NCBI GenBank assembly: GCA_016748015.1 | Contig: JAAOMT010000011.1 | Coordinates: 110,735-174,734, forward strand | Source of the DNA: Geosiphon pyriformis uo1 | Lineage: Eukaryota; Fungi; Glomeromycota | Length of the DNA: 64,000 nt | Direction: 5' to 3' | Shown: positions 11,216-22,984 of the stretch, piece after piece | How positions within the stretch are numbered: position 1 is the stretch's first letter | Layout of the letters: each line of letters opens with the position of its first letter | The notes under the pieces: generated by a model | What the model was told of the DNA's origin: nothing | Database searches by the model: none | Seen by the model: only the letters and a program-made list of their open reading frames with translations | Made by a program: the position numbers and the translations under genes

Positions 11216-13682
11216 TCAATAAAAATTAACAAAAATTAAAAATAATATTATTATAATATATTAATTAATTATTAAATAATAGTATAAATAGCACAAAACA
11301 ATAATAAAATTAGAAAATATAATATACATAATAGTATATAAAATATACACAAATATATCCAATTTAATATAATCATAAACAAGTAAGCCAAAAGGCATTT
11401 ACAATCAAATAAAAAGCCCAATAGCTTAATAATTACTTACTAATTAATTAAAATAAACACAATTATATATAACTTAAAATATATATATATAGAATAGTTT
11501 TCTAATTAAAAAACAAAAAAAAACAAGAAGTTAATTGGACAAAAAAAAAGAAAAAAAAAGAATTAAATTATAATTCCAAGAAAAACTAAAAAGTATGTTT
11601 TTTTAACTTTGTATTATAATACTTACTAATACTAAAATCAGTAAAATTAAAAATTTTTCTTTTTTATAATTTAAGCTTTTAATAAGAATTCTAAAAAAAA
11701 GATTGTTTAATCTTTATTGCTATTTTTTATTAATGAAAACAATAAAATACCTAACACAATAATAAAATATAAATGAAATCCAAGCTTAACAAAATTAAGA
11801 ACATGTTAAAAAAATATTAACTATATGTAATTACATAGAATTTATTTGTAATAATATTTTGGCCAAAATTAACAGTTAATTTAAATATTTAGAATAATCT
11901 CTTTATGTCTTGGAAAAATAATTTTTGATCAAGAATATTCTTAAATACCAACTTTATTGACATTCTACTTTAATTTTTTCTAAATTTATTAAAAATAAAA
12001 TACCACTTTATTATAAATAAAAAAATACAAATATTTGGTATTAATACAAAATAAAAAAATATTTCTGTGAAAGTTTTAAGAAAAAACACAATTAAAAATA
12101 TAGAAATATGACAAAAATTTTTAAAAAACAAACATAACAAGAGTTATTAACAGCAATTTTAACAAAAATATTATATAATATATTAAATTAAATAAAAATA
12201 CATTTATTAAAAAAAATTATTTAATATTTACTAAGAATTAGGAAAAACTCATTAAGCTAATCTTTAAAATTTTAAATAACTAAATAATAATAATTTATTA
12301 AATTAGAACACAGTATTAATTAAACAATACTTATTAAGACTAATATATTTATTAATATATAATTATAATATAATTATAATATTATTTAATTTAGAATATT
12401 CAAAAAAAATTAACCTAATTCTATTACCAAGTTTGTTTCTATTATAATAACAAAAAAATAACCTATAATACTAGTTTTTTTTACTATTATATTTTTTAAA
12501 TTCTTAATATTAAATATTTTATTAATGCTGTTTTTCTTATTTTTAACTTTGCTGTTTTAGAAATAATATATAATTATATTATTATCTTTTAGTACATCTA
12601 TGACCAAAAAATTTATTAATAAGTTCATAACTTTAGACTTAACAATAAGCTTTTTAGATCTTTTATTTGAGTTTTTTAAAGTATAAATATGTATATTTTA
12701 ATTTTTTTTAATATTAAAATAATTTTTTACTTTAATTTTATTAGTATTTACAATTTTAACTAAAATATTAGCCAGTCTTATAATTATAAATAGATTTGTG
12801 TCAAAAGAAATAGTTAAGTATAAAAACAGATAAAAAGTCTTTTTAATTTTATTATAAATAAGAAATTAATAAGACAAAAATTTTTTTTTAATATTATTAT
12901 CATCAATAATTTTTTGAATAATTGTATTTATAAAATAAACACAAAATTTATTTTTAATATCTGATTTAAAAAAATTTAATTGTTTTAAGCTAATTATATA
13001 TTATTTATAATATAATTTATATTTAATATATATTTTAAATTACATTTGTAATAATATAAAACAATTTTTTAAATTAATTAATATTAGATATTATAAAATT
13101 AATTAATTAATTATATATTTAACAATTTATTTAATATTTTTAAAATTAATATTTTTTTTAAAAAATTTAACAATAGTAATTTAAAATTAATTACATTAAT
13201 TAAATTTAATCTATATTTAATATGTTTTTTTGTTACAATTTTTTAAAGTTGAATTTATATTGTTTTTAATTTTTGTCGTTAACATAAATTTATAAATATT
13301 AATTTCTATAAAACAAATTTGGTATAACCTGTATTTATTAATTTAAGATTGATTGAATAATAAATATTTGAAAATAAATAATTGTTAATTAAAATCTTAA
13401 ATACAAGGATTTTTATAAATTAAACAAAATTTTTATTGATTATAGTTAATCATTTTATTCATTAAAGTTAGTTAAAAAACAATTAAAATACATTATCATA
13501 TGATAATAATGATATAAACGATCATAACGGTAAAACATACATTCTTAATATTTAGGAGTTTAGTTCTCTAAAGAAATGAAAGTCAAAAAACAACCAATCG
13601 TCCAAAATAATAATAAGGAAACCCTTTGCAATTAATAACTCTCTCGCTTAGAGGAATAAAAATAACCATTTTTTAAATCATC

Positions 13683-16600
13683 TTAACTAAAATAATGATT
13701 GCAAAGAGCCGATTCTTCATCTGTTTCAAACCATTTTATAGTTAAATATCAATAAAAACAATTAAAATCATTATTAAAACAAATTTAAAGTGCTTACTGA
13801 TTTCGTTAATTTTATTAGAACTTAGATAACTTGAGCTATTGGAATATTCCGAATCTGAAAGAAAGCGTTTAAATTAAAAAAGCTTTTTACCTGTTAAAAC
13901 AATACTAAATAAAAGACTTACCATATATATTTGAGTTTGATTGACTTCTGTAACTTATCATATCACAGGTAACTCTTTTTTTAGGGATAGGTTCCTCTAA
14001 GTTACAGTTATCGCGAGCAGCAATAATTCTTTGTTGAAGTTCTTCTGCAGTATCACGACAATAAGGATCCTGATGCCAATTTTTTTCAATTATTTCTTGA
14101 ATCCATTGAGGTGTATGATTTTCGATTGTGGGGCGCTTTCCACAAATTACATCGTACGTAGGATTTTTAGTATCATTCCAAGGTCTTTCTCCCGAAATTA
14201 TTTCCCAAGAAATGATGGCAAAAGCGTAAATGTCGCTATATTTGGTATGAGACCATAAGTTAAAAATTTCGGGCGCTAGGTATTGGACAAGACCATAAAC
14301 GTTGCCAGATTGTGGAGAGTCATTGACAGAACGACATAATCCTAGGTCAGCAATGGCCACTTTTAAGGGGTTTGTTTTTAGAACAAGGATATTTCCAGGA
14401 TGTAAGTCCCCATGCACCAGTTCTGATTCATGTATAAACCTTAGGCCACTAGCGATTTGAAAAAGAATACGAAGAAACATGCCCCAAGTAAGAGTGTTTT
14501 TGTTATTCTTGAGAAAAGCTTTAAGGTCCCCGTGCTCCGCAAATGGCAAAACCATAATAAATTCATCGGTTATGATATCTTTGGTTATTCCATAGCATTC
14601 AAGGATATATTTGCAAGAAGCACTTTTAAGATGCGCAATAAACTATTGAAATCCGTTTTCTAGTGTTAGAAAGAAAAACCAGATTGACAAAATCACACAG
14701 ATTTCTTAAAAGGAAATACCTCATCTGAATTAATAAAATCTATTCTTTGGCTATCTTTAAGATATTTCAAAGCAACTTTTGTAGCGCCACTCCGTTCATG
14801 TTTTTGATTTTTCTCGTCCCAAAATAGAATTTTGCCTCTCGCCCAACTACCTTTTTTAACAACACCAAATCCTCCCTCTCCCACCTTATCTAAAAATTCA
14901 ATCTCGTTGGGAGAAATCCATTCCAGGCAGCTTCTGGAACTTTCAGACCATGCCTGTGTATAATATATATACTGATCAATATTATTATTTCCACTACTCC
15001 ATGTTCCCGAACTCTTTGAAAATCTTGAAGATTCACAAGAGTTACACCAAAGTGGATCTTTTATTCTATCATAGCATTCTGAACATTTCGGCAACCCGGC
15101 TTTAAAGTTATCATTACTCTTATCAGTATCACAAAATGGACATATAGGAGATCCAATAATGATTATCAAGTTGCCACATCTAAGACACTTGAATTCATCT
15201 GAAAGCTGGTCAAAGAAAGCTTCAAAGTCTAAAAATTCTCCTCTAGAATTATTTGGGTTTTTTAAACCTAGATTTTGAAATTGCAAAATGGAAATTTCCA
15301 GGCGATCTTGATCAAGAACATTCAAATCAGGAAAATCACTTTGATAAATTAAGTTATTTGCCTCTGCTGCTTTTGAATAGATTTCCAATGCCTTTTTTAA
15401 GTTTTTTGTCGTTCCCCATCCATTTTGATAGCACCATCCAAGGTTGTATTGTTCATTTTGATTTCCAGCCTCTGCTGCTTTTAAATAGAATTCAAATTCG
15501 TTTTCTAGATTTTTCGCTGTTCTCCATCCATTTCGATAATATGTTCCAATATTGGTTTGTGGATTCGAATTTCCCACTTTTTCCTCATCTTTTGTTATTT
15601 CTAGTATATTTCGATAATATGTACCAAGACTGACTTTTGCAACTAAACTTCCCGCCTCTGCTGCTTTTGAAAAGAGTTCAAATGCTTTTTCCTCATTTGT
15701 CGTCGTCCCTAATCCATTTTCATAACACAATCCAAGATTGTATTGTGCGCTTGTATAACCCGCCTCTGCTGCTTTTGAAAGGAGTTCAAATGCTTTTTCC
15801 TCATTTTTCGTCGTGCCTACCCCAGTAGCATAGCAAAGTCCAAGATTGAGTTGCGCATTTATATTACCTCCCTCGGCTGCTTTTGAATAGAATTCAAATG
15901 CTTTTTCATCATTTTTCGTCGTTCCCCACCCATTATCATAACAAAGTCCAAGATTGTATTGTGCATTTGTATGTCCTGCCTCTGCTGCTTTTGAATAGAT
16001 TTCAAATTCTTTTTCATAATTTTTCGTCGTTCCTCGTCCATTTCCATAGCAAGCTCCAAGATTAAATTGTGCATCTGTATTACCCGCCTCTGCTGCTTTT
16101 GAATAGAATTCAAATGCTTTTTCATAATTTTTCACCGTTCCCCATCCATTGGCATAATAAACCCCAAGATTTAATTGTGCATTTGTATGATCCCCCTCTG
16201 CTGCTTTTGAATAGAATTTAAATGCTTTTTCATCATTTTTCCTTGTTCCCCATCCATTGGCATAACAAAGTCCAAGATTGAATTGTGCATCTGTATTACC
16301 CGCCTCTGCTGCTTTTGAATAGAATTCAAATGCTTTTTTCTCATTTTTCACCGTTCCCCATCCATTTCGATAACAAAGCCCAAGATTGAATTGTGAATCT
16401 GTATTACCCGCCTCTGCTGCTTTTGAATAGAATTCAAATGCTTTTTCATCATTTTTCACCGTTCCCCATCCATTTCGATAACAAAGCCCAAGATTGAATT
16501 GTGCATCGGTATTACCCGCCTCTGCTGCTTTTAAATAAGATTCAAATGCTTTTTCGTCATTTTTCGTCGTTCCCCATCCATGAGAATAGCAAAGTCCAAG

Positions 16601-17902
16601 ATAGTATTGTGCATTTGTATTACCCGCCTCTGCTGCTTTTGAATAGAATTCAAATGCTTTTTCCTCATTTTTCCTTGTTCCCCATCCATTGGCATAACAA
16701 AGTCCAAGATTGAATTGTGAATATGTATTACCCGCCTCTGCTGCTTTTGAATAGAGTTCAAATGCTTTTTCCTCACTTTTCGTCGTTCCCCATCCATTAT
16801 CATAACAAAGTCCAAGATTAAATTGTGCATCTGTATTACCCGCCTCTGCTGCTTTTGAATAGAATTCAAATGCTTTTTCCTCATTTTTCGACGTTCCCCA
16901 TCCATTTTCATAACAAAGTCCAAGATAGTATTGTGCATTTGTATGATCCCCCTCTGCTGCTTTCGAATAAGATTCAAATGCTTTTTCGTCATTATTCGTC
17001 GTTCCCCAGCCATTGGCATAGCAAACCCCAAGATTAAATTGTGCTTTTTTATTACCCGCCTCTGCTGCTTTTGAATAGAATTCAAATGCTTTTTCCTCAT
17101 TTTTCGACGTTCCCCATCCATTTTCATAACAAAGTCCAAGATAGTATTGTGCATTTGTATGATCCCCCTCTGCTGCTTTCGAATAAGATTCAAATGCTTT
17201 TTCGTCATTATTCGTCGTTCCCCAGCCATTGGCATAGCAAACCCCAAGATTAAATTGTGCTTTTTTATTACCCGCCTCTGCTGCTTTTGAATAGAATTCA
17301 AATGCTTTTTCCTCATTTTTTCTTGTTCCCCATCCATTGGCATAACAAAGTCCAAGATTGAATTGTGCATTTGTATTACCCGCCTCTGCTGCTTTTGAAT
17401 AACATTCAAATGCTTTTTCGTCATTTTTCGTCGTTCCTCGTCCATTGCGATAACAAAGTCCAAGATTGAATTGTGCATTTGTATTACCCGCCTCTGCTGC
17501 TTTTGAATAGAGTTTAAATGCTTTTCCTCGATCTTGTGAAGTACCAATTCCATTATCATAACAACGTCCTAAGAAGAATTGTCCAAAAGAATCTTCTGCA
17601 TTCGCTGCTTTCTGAAATTTTAAAAACGCTTTTGTTAAATTAGGTATAGTTCCAATCCCATGTTCTAAAGAAAAGCCGAGCAAAACATAGTCTATCGAAC
17701 GCTTTGGAATTTTATTATTCAAGGTATTGAATAAATCTTCAGGTTTTTTCTGATTATGCTCAAGATATTTTTTCACCAAGTTAGCAATGTTTGAAAATTC
17801 ATTAAGTGGGAAAATGGCCAAATTTTCTTTCATGACAATCAATGCTTCTTCAACCCAATCGATGGATGAAGTTGCGTTTTCAATTGATGAAATTGAAGAC
17901 AT
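13683..17902 (-). CDS. Sel1-like repeat (~22 units) + Cys-rich linker + tyrosine-kinase-like protein kinase, ~1332 aa; exons 17902-14720, 14642-13922, 13854-13798, 13720-13683
   Basis: 36-aa AQFNLGLCY.NG.G...KAAEAG repeats; GEGGFG, VALK, HGDLHPGNIL, DLG, YLAPE, SDIYAF; three GT-AG introns (77, 67, 77 nt) keep the frame; CTAAC branch site in intron 1. Confidence 0.9.
15650..17485 (-). repeat. Intragenic tandem array of 17 high-identity 108-bp Sel1 units, including a 216-bp duplication that is protein-identical (units 4-5 = 6-7)
   Basis: Direct inspection: CCCGCCTCTGCTGCTTTTGAATAG recurs every 108 bp. Confidence 0.97.
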
Positions 17903-18429
17903 GATTTTCAAGCAACACGAATAGATTATAAAACCTTGAATATTTTATATAGGTAAAGAAGAATTTTTAAAGAGTTCGTCTTGCCAATAAATAAGGATTT
18001 CAACCTTTAACATTGTTAAATCACATTTCCAAAAAGGCTAGGCCTTGAAAAAATCTGAAACGCCAGAAATAAACCCCTCATTTACGGGTAGAGATCTTCT
18101 TGAACTCAAATGACTGCCATTTTTAATTCAGTGATAACTGTAATAACAAGTTTAAATACGTAAAGTTTACCTTAGATCAATAAAAATAATTTAATTGAAT
18201 GAATTTTAAATTGTTATTTGTTTTGGGCGTCTTTCCCTTTTTTACAAGCTTTTTAAGATCAAAAGCCAGTTGATAAATAGGTTACCAGCGAAATTTGCGA
18301 TAGTTTCATAAGAATTCCTAGGTCAATTGCTTGCTTACTAACATTTCTCCTATTGTGTTTATGTTTAAAAAATACATATCGTTTCAAAAATTATAGAAAA
18401 GTATTTCCTTTCAATTTTAATAACTAATA

Positions 18430-18769
18430 CAGTCAAACCTCCTTAAATGCACACTCCCTAAATGCTGGTCCCGTAATGGGGCTTATAGATAATAAGTGCA
18501 CATTATTTTTCGCACCCATCTACATATATAACGTTTCCATAAGTGCACATCTCGAAAACCTACTAAATATAACAAAGTTAAAATAAAGTTATATAAGACT
18601 TCAAAATGCTTTATTGAAACGAAACTTTTTTGTAAATTTAATAAAATTTATTAGTAATTTTTAATTTCGTTGTTATAAAGTCACATGCAATAATATTATT
18701 GGATGTTTTCTAAATACACACTTTTTTAAAAGTTGGTCCTAAGAGTGTGCATTTAGAGAGGTTTGACTG
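18430..18769. mobile_element. MITE, Tc1/mariner-pogo type (340 bp)
   Basis: ~27-bp TIRs CAGTCAAACCTCCTTAAATGCACACTC / GAGTGTGCATTTAGAGAGGTTTGACTG; TA TSD on both sides. Confidence 0.92.
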
Positions 18770-18771
18770 TA

Positions 18772-21700
18772 TAGGGCTGGAAATGCGAATTTAATGTTAA
18801 TCAGTTTTTTTTAAGGCTTATTAACAAGTTTGGTTTGTAAAAATTTATTGACACCTTATTATAAAAGTTTATATCATTTATGGAATTTTGATTTTTTCTA
18901 TTAAGTAAAATATGAATACTAATTTAATAAGGTTTATAATCATATTAAACCATAAAGTTTTTTTTATTAAAGCAACAATAATTCAACACTTAGCTGCAGT
19001 ACAAAATATTAAACATTATTATAAGCAATTTATAAAAACAAAAGAATTTTAAAAAAGATTAAATGTAAAATATAACTCAAGTTTTATTTTTATTAGCCAA
19101 AATAAGAAAATAAATTATAAAATAATTTTGTTACATTTAAAACAATTCAATTCATTTAAATTCAAATATTAATTAATTTTTTAAAATGATTCAAATTTCA
19201 ACTTGGTTTATATAAAAAAGTTAAAATTAAATAAATACTTAAATTAATAGAAATAATTATAATAAACTAAATTTAAACATTAATTTATATATATACCTAA
19301 TTAATAATAATTAAATAAATATTATAATTTTAAAATATATAATATATTGTTTATTATAACTTCAAAATAAAAATACAATATATAAAATTTTTTAAATTAT
19401 TTTAAATTATTTATTTATAAAGTTACTTAATTTATAATATTTAAATATTATTATTTAAAACCAAATTAAGTAATTTTGATAAAAATTTTTTTTAATTTTA
19501 TATCTTTTTGTTATTTTTTTTACAATTTTTCAAAAAAAAATTTTTGTGATAAAATTAACAAATGTTTTTAGCAATAATAGATTAAAAAAAAAACATCTAA
19601 AAAACACTTTATAGTTTAGCTAATAATACTTTTTTTTAAAAAAAAGTAATTTTAATTGAAATATTAAACATTTAGATGATAAAAAAGTATTTTTAAACAG
19701 ATTTTTGTTTAATTTTGGTATATTTTCTAATATAAAAAGTAAATTCAATAATAAAAATAGTATTTTTTTTAGTTAATAATAACTACAAAATTAATAATAA
19801 TAATAATAGCTTTTTTAAATCTGTATTAAACATACTTAAAATAAAAAAATTAATATTAATATAATAAATAGTTTTAAAGAGTATTTATTTTTTTAAAGTT
19901 TAATAAAATTATCTATATATTTTTATATATAAATTTAATATAATAAAAATTGTAAATTTGGTTAAGACTAACAAATTAGAAATAAATACTAAGCTTAAGT
20001 ATTTAATAAATAATTAAACAAATTAAACAATAATTAAAAAGATTTTAGTGAAAATATTAATAAAAATTGTATAAATTGTACTAGCCAAATTTGAAAAAAT
20101 TAAGTTAATTAAAATATAATTGACAAAAAACATTAATAAAATTTAATAATTAACAATAAACCAATTTATTAGACTTTAAGTAATTTGTTTTTATTAAAAA
20201 ATATACTATTTAAATAATTAAAACCAATATTAATAATTATTATAAAATATTAAAAATATACATAAAGCTTTTATTTTATATTTTGTTAATAAAAACAATT
20301 ATACACAAATTGTAAAAATTTTTAAATTTTATCAGTAAAAAAACTTGTGTAATTTATTATTTAATTATATATGTACATATTAAATATTTAATTATTTATT
20401 TTAAGACCAAAAATAGCTTAATAAAAATTGTAATTGCAATTTTAGTTTTCAAAAACTATAATTTAAAATAGACTAAATTGAATTTGTCTTTTTGTATATA
20501 AAAAATTCAATTATATTTTATTTGTAACTAATTTTAATATCTTATTAATTTTTAAACTAAATTCAAAATTTTTTTTTCTAAATTGAATAAATACAAATTT
20601 TTTGTAATCTATAACAAAAAAACAGATTTAATTGCTTAATTAGTGTTTTTTAATAATATATTTTAAATTTAAATTGTTGATAATAATTGTTTTAATGTTT
20701 TTTTTAACTTATTATTCTATAATTTTTTTGTATTTAGTAAAAATTTAATGAACTGAACTTTAAATACTGTTTAAGTTTGATTTTAATTATGAATTAAATT
20801 TAAATTAAACCAAATTTTTATAATAAGTTTAGTTTATATTTAAAGTTAAATTTTTTTGGCAAATCTGAGTTTAATTTAAGTCTGATTTAAAGTTTACAAA
20901 CTTGTTTAAGTTTAATAGAATTAAAAAAAAGATATATTTTATATTATATTATTTATTAATTATTACTTTGTTTAATAAAATAAAAAAATTGTAAATTATT
21001 TATTTATTTAAATGGTTTTATTTTTCAATTTTTACATGATAAATAAAGTTTTAAAATACATATTTTTTTTAAAATAAAATACATATTAGCTATTATACTT
21101 ATATTAAATAACAGTTTTTTATTAAATAGCAATTTTAGTAATATTATAACATTAATTATATAGTCTATATAAAAAACATATTTTAATAATAATAATAATA
21201 AAAATAATAATAATAAAAATAATAAAAATAATAAACTTAATAAATTGATTATTATATCTCTGAAAAAATAACCAATAAAAAAATAAATTTAATATTATAG
21301 TAAAAAATATATTGTAAAAAATATCTATTTAAATTATTATTTTTATTAAAAATTCGATATTTAGGCATATTAAACACAATTTTTTTATCTTGTACATATA
21401 ACTTGTAATTATTTGGCAATTCAAAAATCATTTGTTGGTTTTAAACATGTTTTTTTTGTAAATAAAAATATAATTGCAAATATAAAATCTTACCTAGTGT
21501 TTAAAACTATAAAAATAACACAATGTGTTTGATTATAAATGCAGAAACTATTGAAAAAAAATTAATTAATAATATAATATAATTTTTAATAGTTAAACTT
21601 AAATATATTTACAAATTTTGAACTAAATTTGAACTAAACTTGTTTTTTGGGTTTGAATTTAGTTCAATTCAGTAATTTTAAGTTCAGTTTCAATTTAAGT

Positions 21701-21791
21701 TCAAAATTTAGCCAAAATCTCTGTTCAAGTTTGGTTTAATTCAATGGTTCAATTGAACTTAGACTGAACCAAACTGAACATTAGAACTCTA
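18772..21791. mobile_element. Possible decayed DNA transposon relic(s) (hAT- or Helitron-like) with GAAC/GTTC subterminal repeat clusters
   Basis: Starts TAGGGCTGG, ends GAACTCTAG; short-repeat clusters at ~20740-20920 and 21600-21790; no readable ORF. Confidence 0.3.
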
Positions 21792-21866
21792 GTATTTGGT
21801 ATTACTAGTGCTTTTTCTTTGTTATCTTTTTCTATATTAAATACTTATTTAAATGGTTTTAAACAC

Positions 21867-22797
21867 TGTTACCAATTAAAAGTTGAATGAAAATTAGTAT
21901 GAAATTACCCTTATAATTCCTATTATTCACTATTATATATTAGTTAAATCACATTTTATTATTAAATATTTTATTATCATTTCACGAAATTATTGATTAT
22001 CCATATCTTAATTAATAACCCAAATTGTACAAGTACACAAACATAACTAAATCTGATGATCAATATGCAATACTCCGAACTCTAACAGTGAAAATTGGTC
22101 GAAATATGCAGAAATCCACGAATTTTGCAATAATACATTAAAATATGAATTAGTTCTAGGAAATTTATAGAAATAGTTGCAAAGAAAAGAGTGCTAGAAC
22201 TTGAATAAGTACTACTCAAATATGTATAAAAGAAGAGCTTCTTTTTTTAAGAAAATGTATTTTAATATCTAATAGTTCTAGAATTAGATAACAAAGTTAG
22301 AAATCAAACAAAAACAAAATTATTCTTTTTAAAAAACTCAAATTCTTAAAAATATTCCTTTGAAATTTTATTCCGATCGAAACTAATACTTTGAAATTGA
22401 CTAGCTATTAATTCAATAGTTCATTTAGTTTCCCACTAAGACCTGAGCAGAATTCATGCAATAAATTATTTCTAATTATTATCAAAACCATATTTTTTAA
22501 TTTATCACGAATTATTAAGAGCCTACAATTAGAAAGATACTGTAGAAGAGTTGACTTTCACAGCAAATTAACTGTATAACCTATTGAAAAAGCCTGTAAT
22601 AGAGGGATTTCTACAGAAAAGTTGACTTTTAATACAAATTAACTACAGAAAACAATTGGCACGGAATTGGCCATTCCATTATAATCTCAATAAATGGTTT
22701 CTGATACTTTGAAGAAAATTTATCAGGTTATTAGAGATTCCATCACCAATATACTAGCATTAAAACAACAAAGAAAGTGAAAAAACATTTAGTAATA
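21867..22797 (+). mobile_element. Solo LTR related to family A
   Basis: TGTTACC...GTAATA termini, ACAC TSD; shares TATAAAAGAAGAGCTTC, GAGTTGACTTT repeats and TGGCACGGAATTGGCCATTCC with family A. Confidence 0.88.
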
Positions 22798-22984
22798 ACA
22801 CTCTTTAGAGCTTTTGGCAGATTAAGTATTCAAAATTTTTTACAAATTGAACATGTTTTTATTGGCTTTTTTTTTGTTTTTTTTGTCTTATTGTGTATCT
22901 GAAATCTCTTTAATTATAGTTGGTTTAGCCATAATAATAGATATTCTGAGTATGTTTTTTGTTTTTTTTTGGTATTGCTGATAA

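Noticed and set aside
11220-13400. Possible decayed coding element
   Set aside because: Too degenerate to assign by eye; needs a TE library search
15650-17485. CRISPR array or DGR variable repeats
   Set aside because: Units are contiguous in-frame 108-bp coding repeats with no unique spacers, no template repeat and no adenine-specific variation
15253-17559. Alternative-frame and antisense ORFs over the Sel1 array (e.g. 16531-17559)
   Set aside because: Shadows of the repeated coding unit
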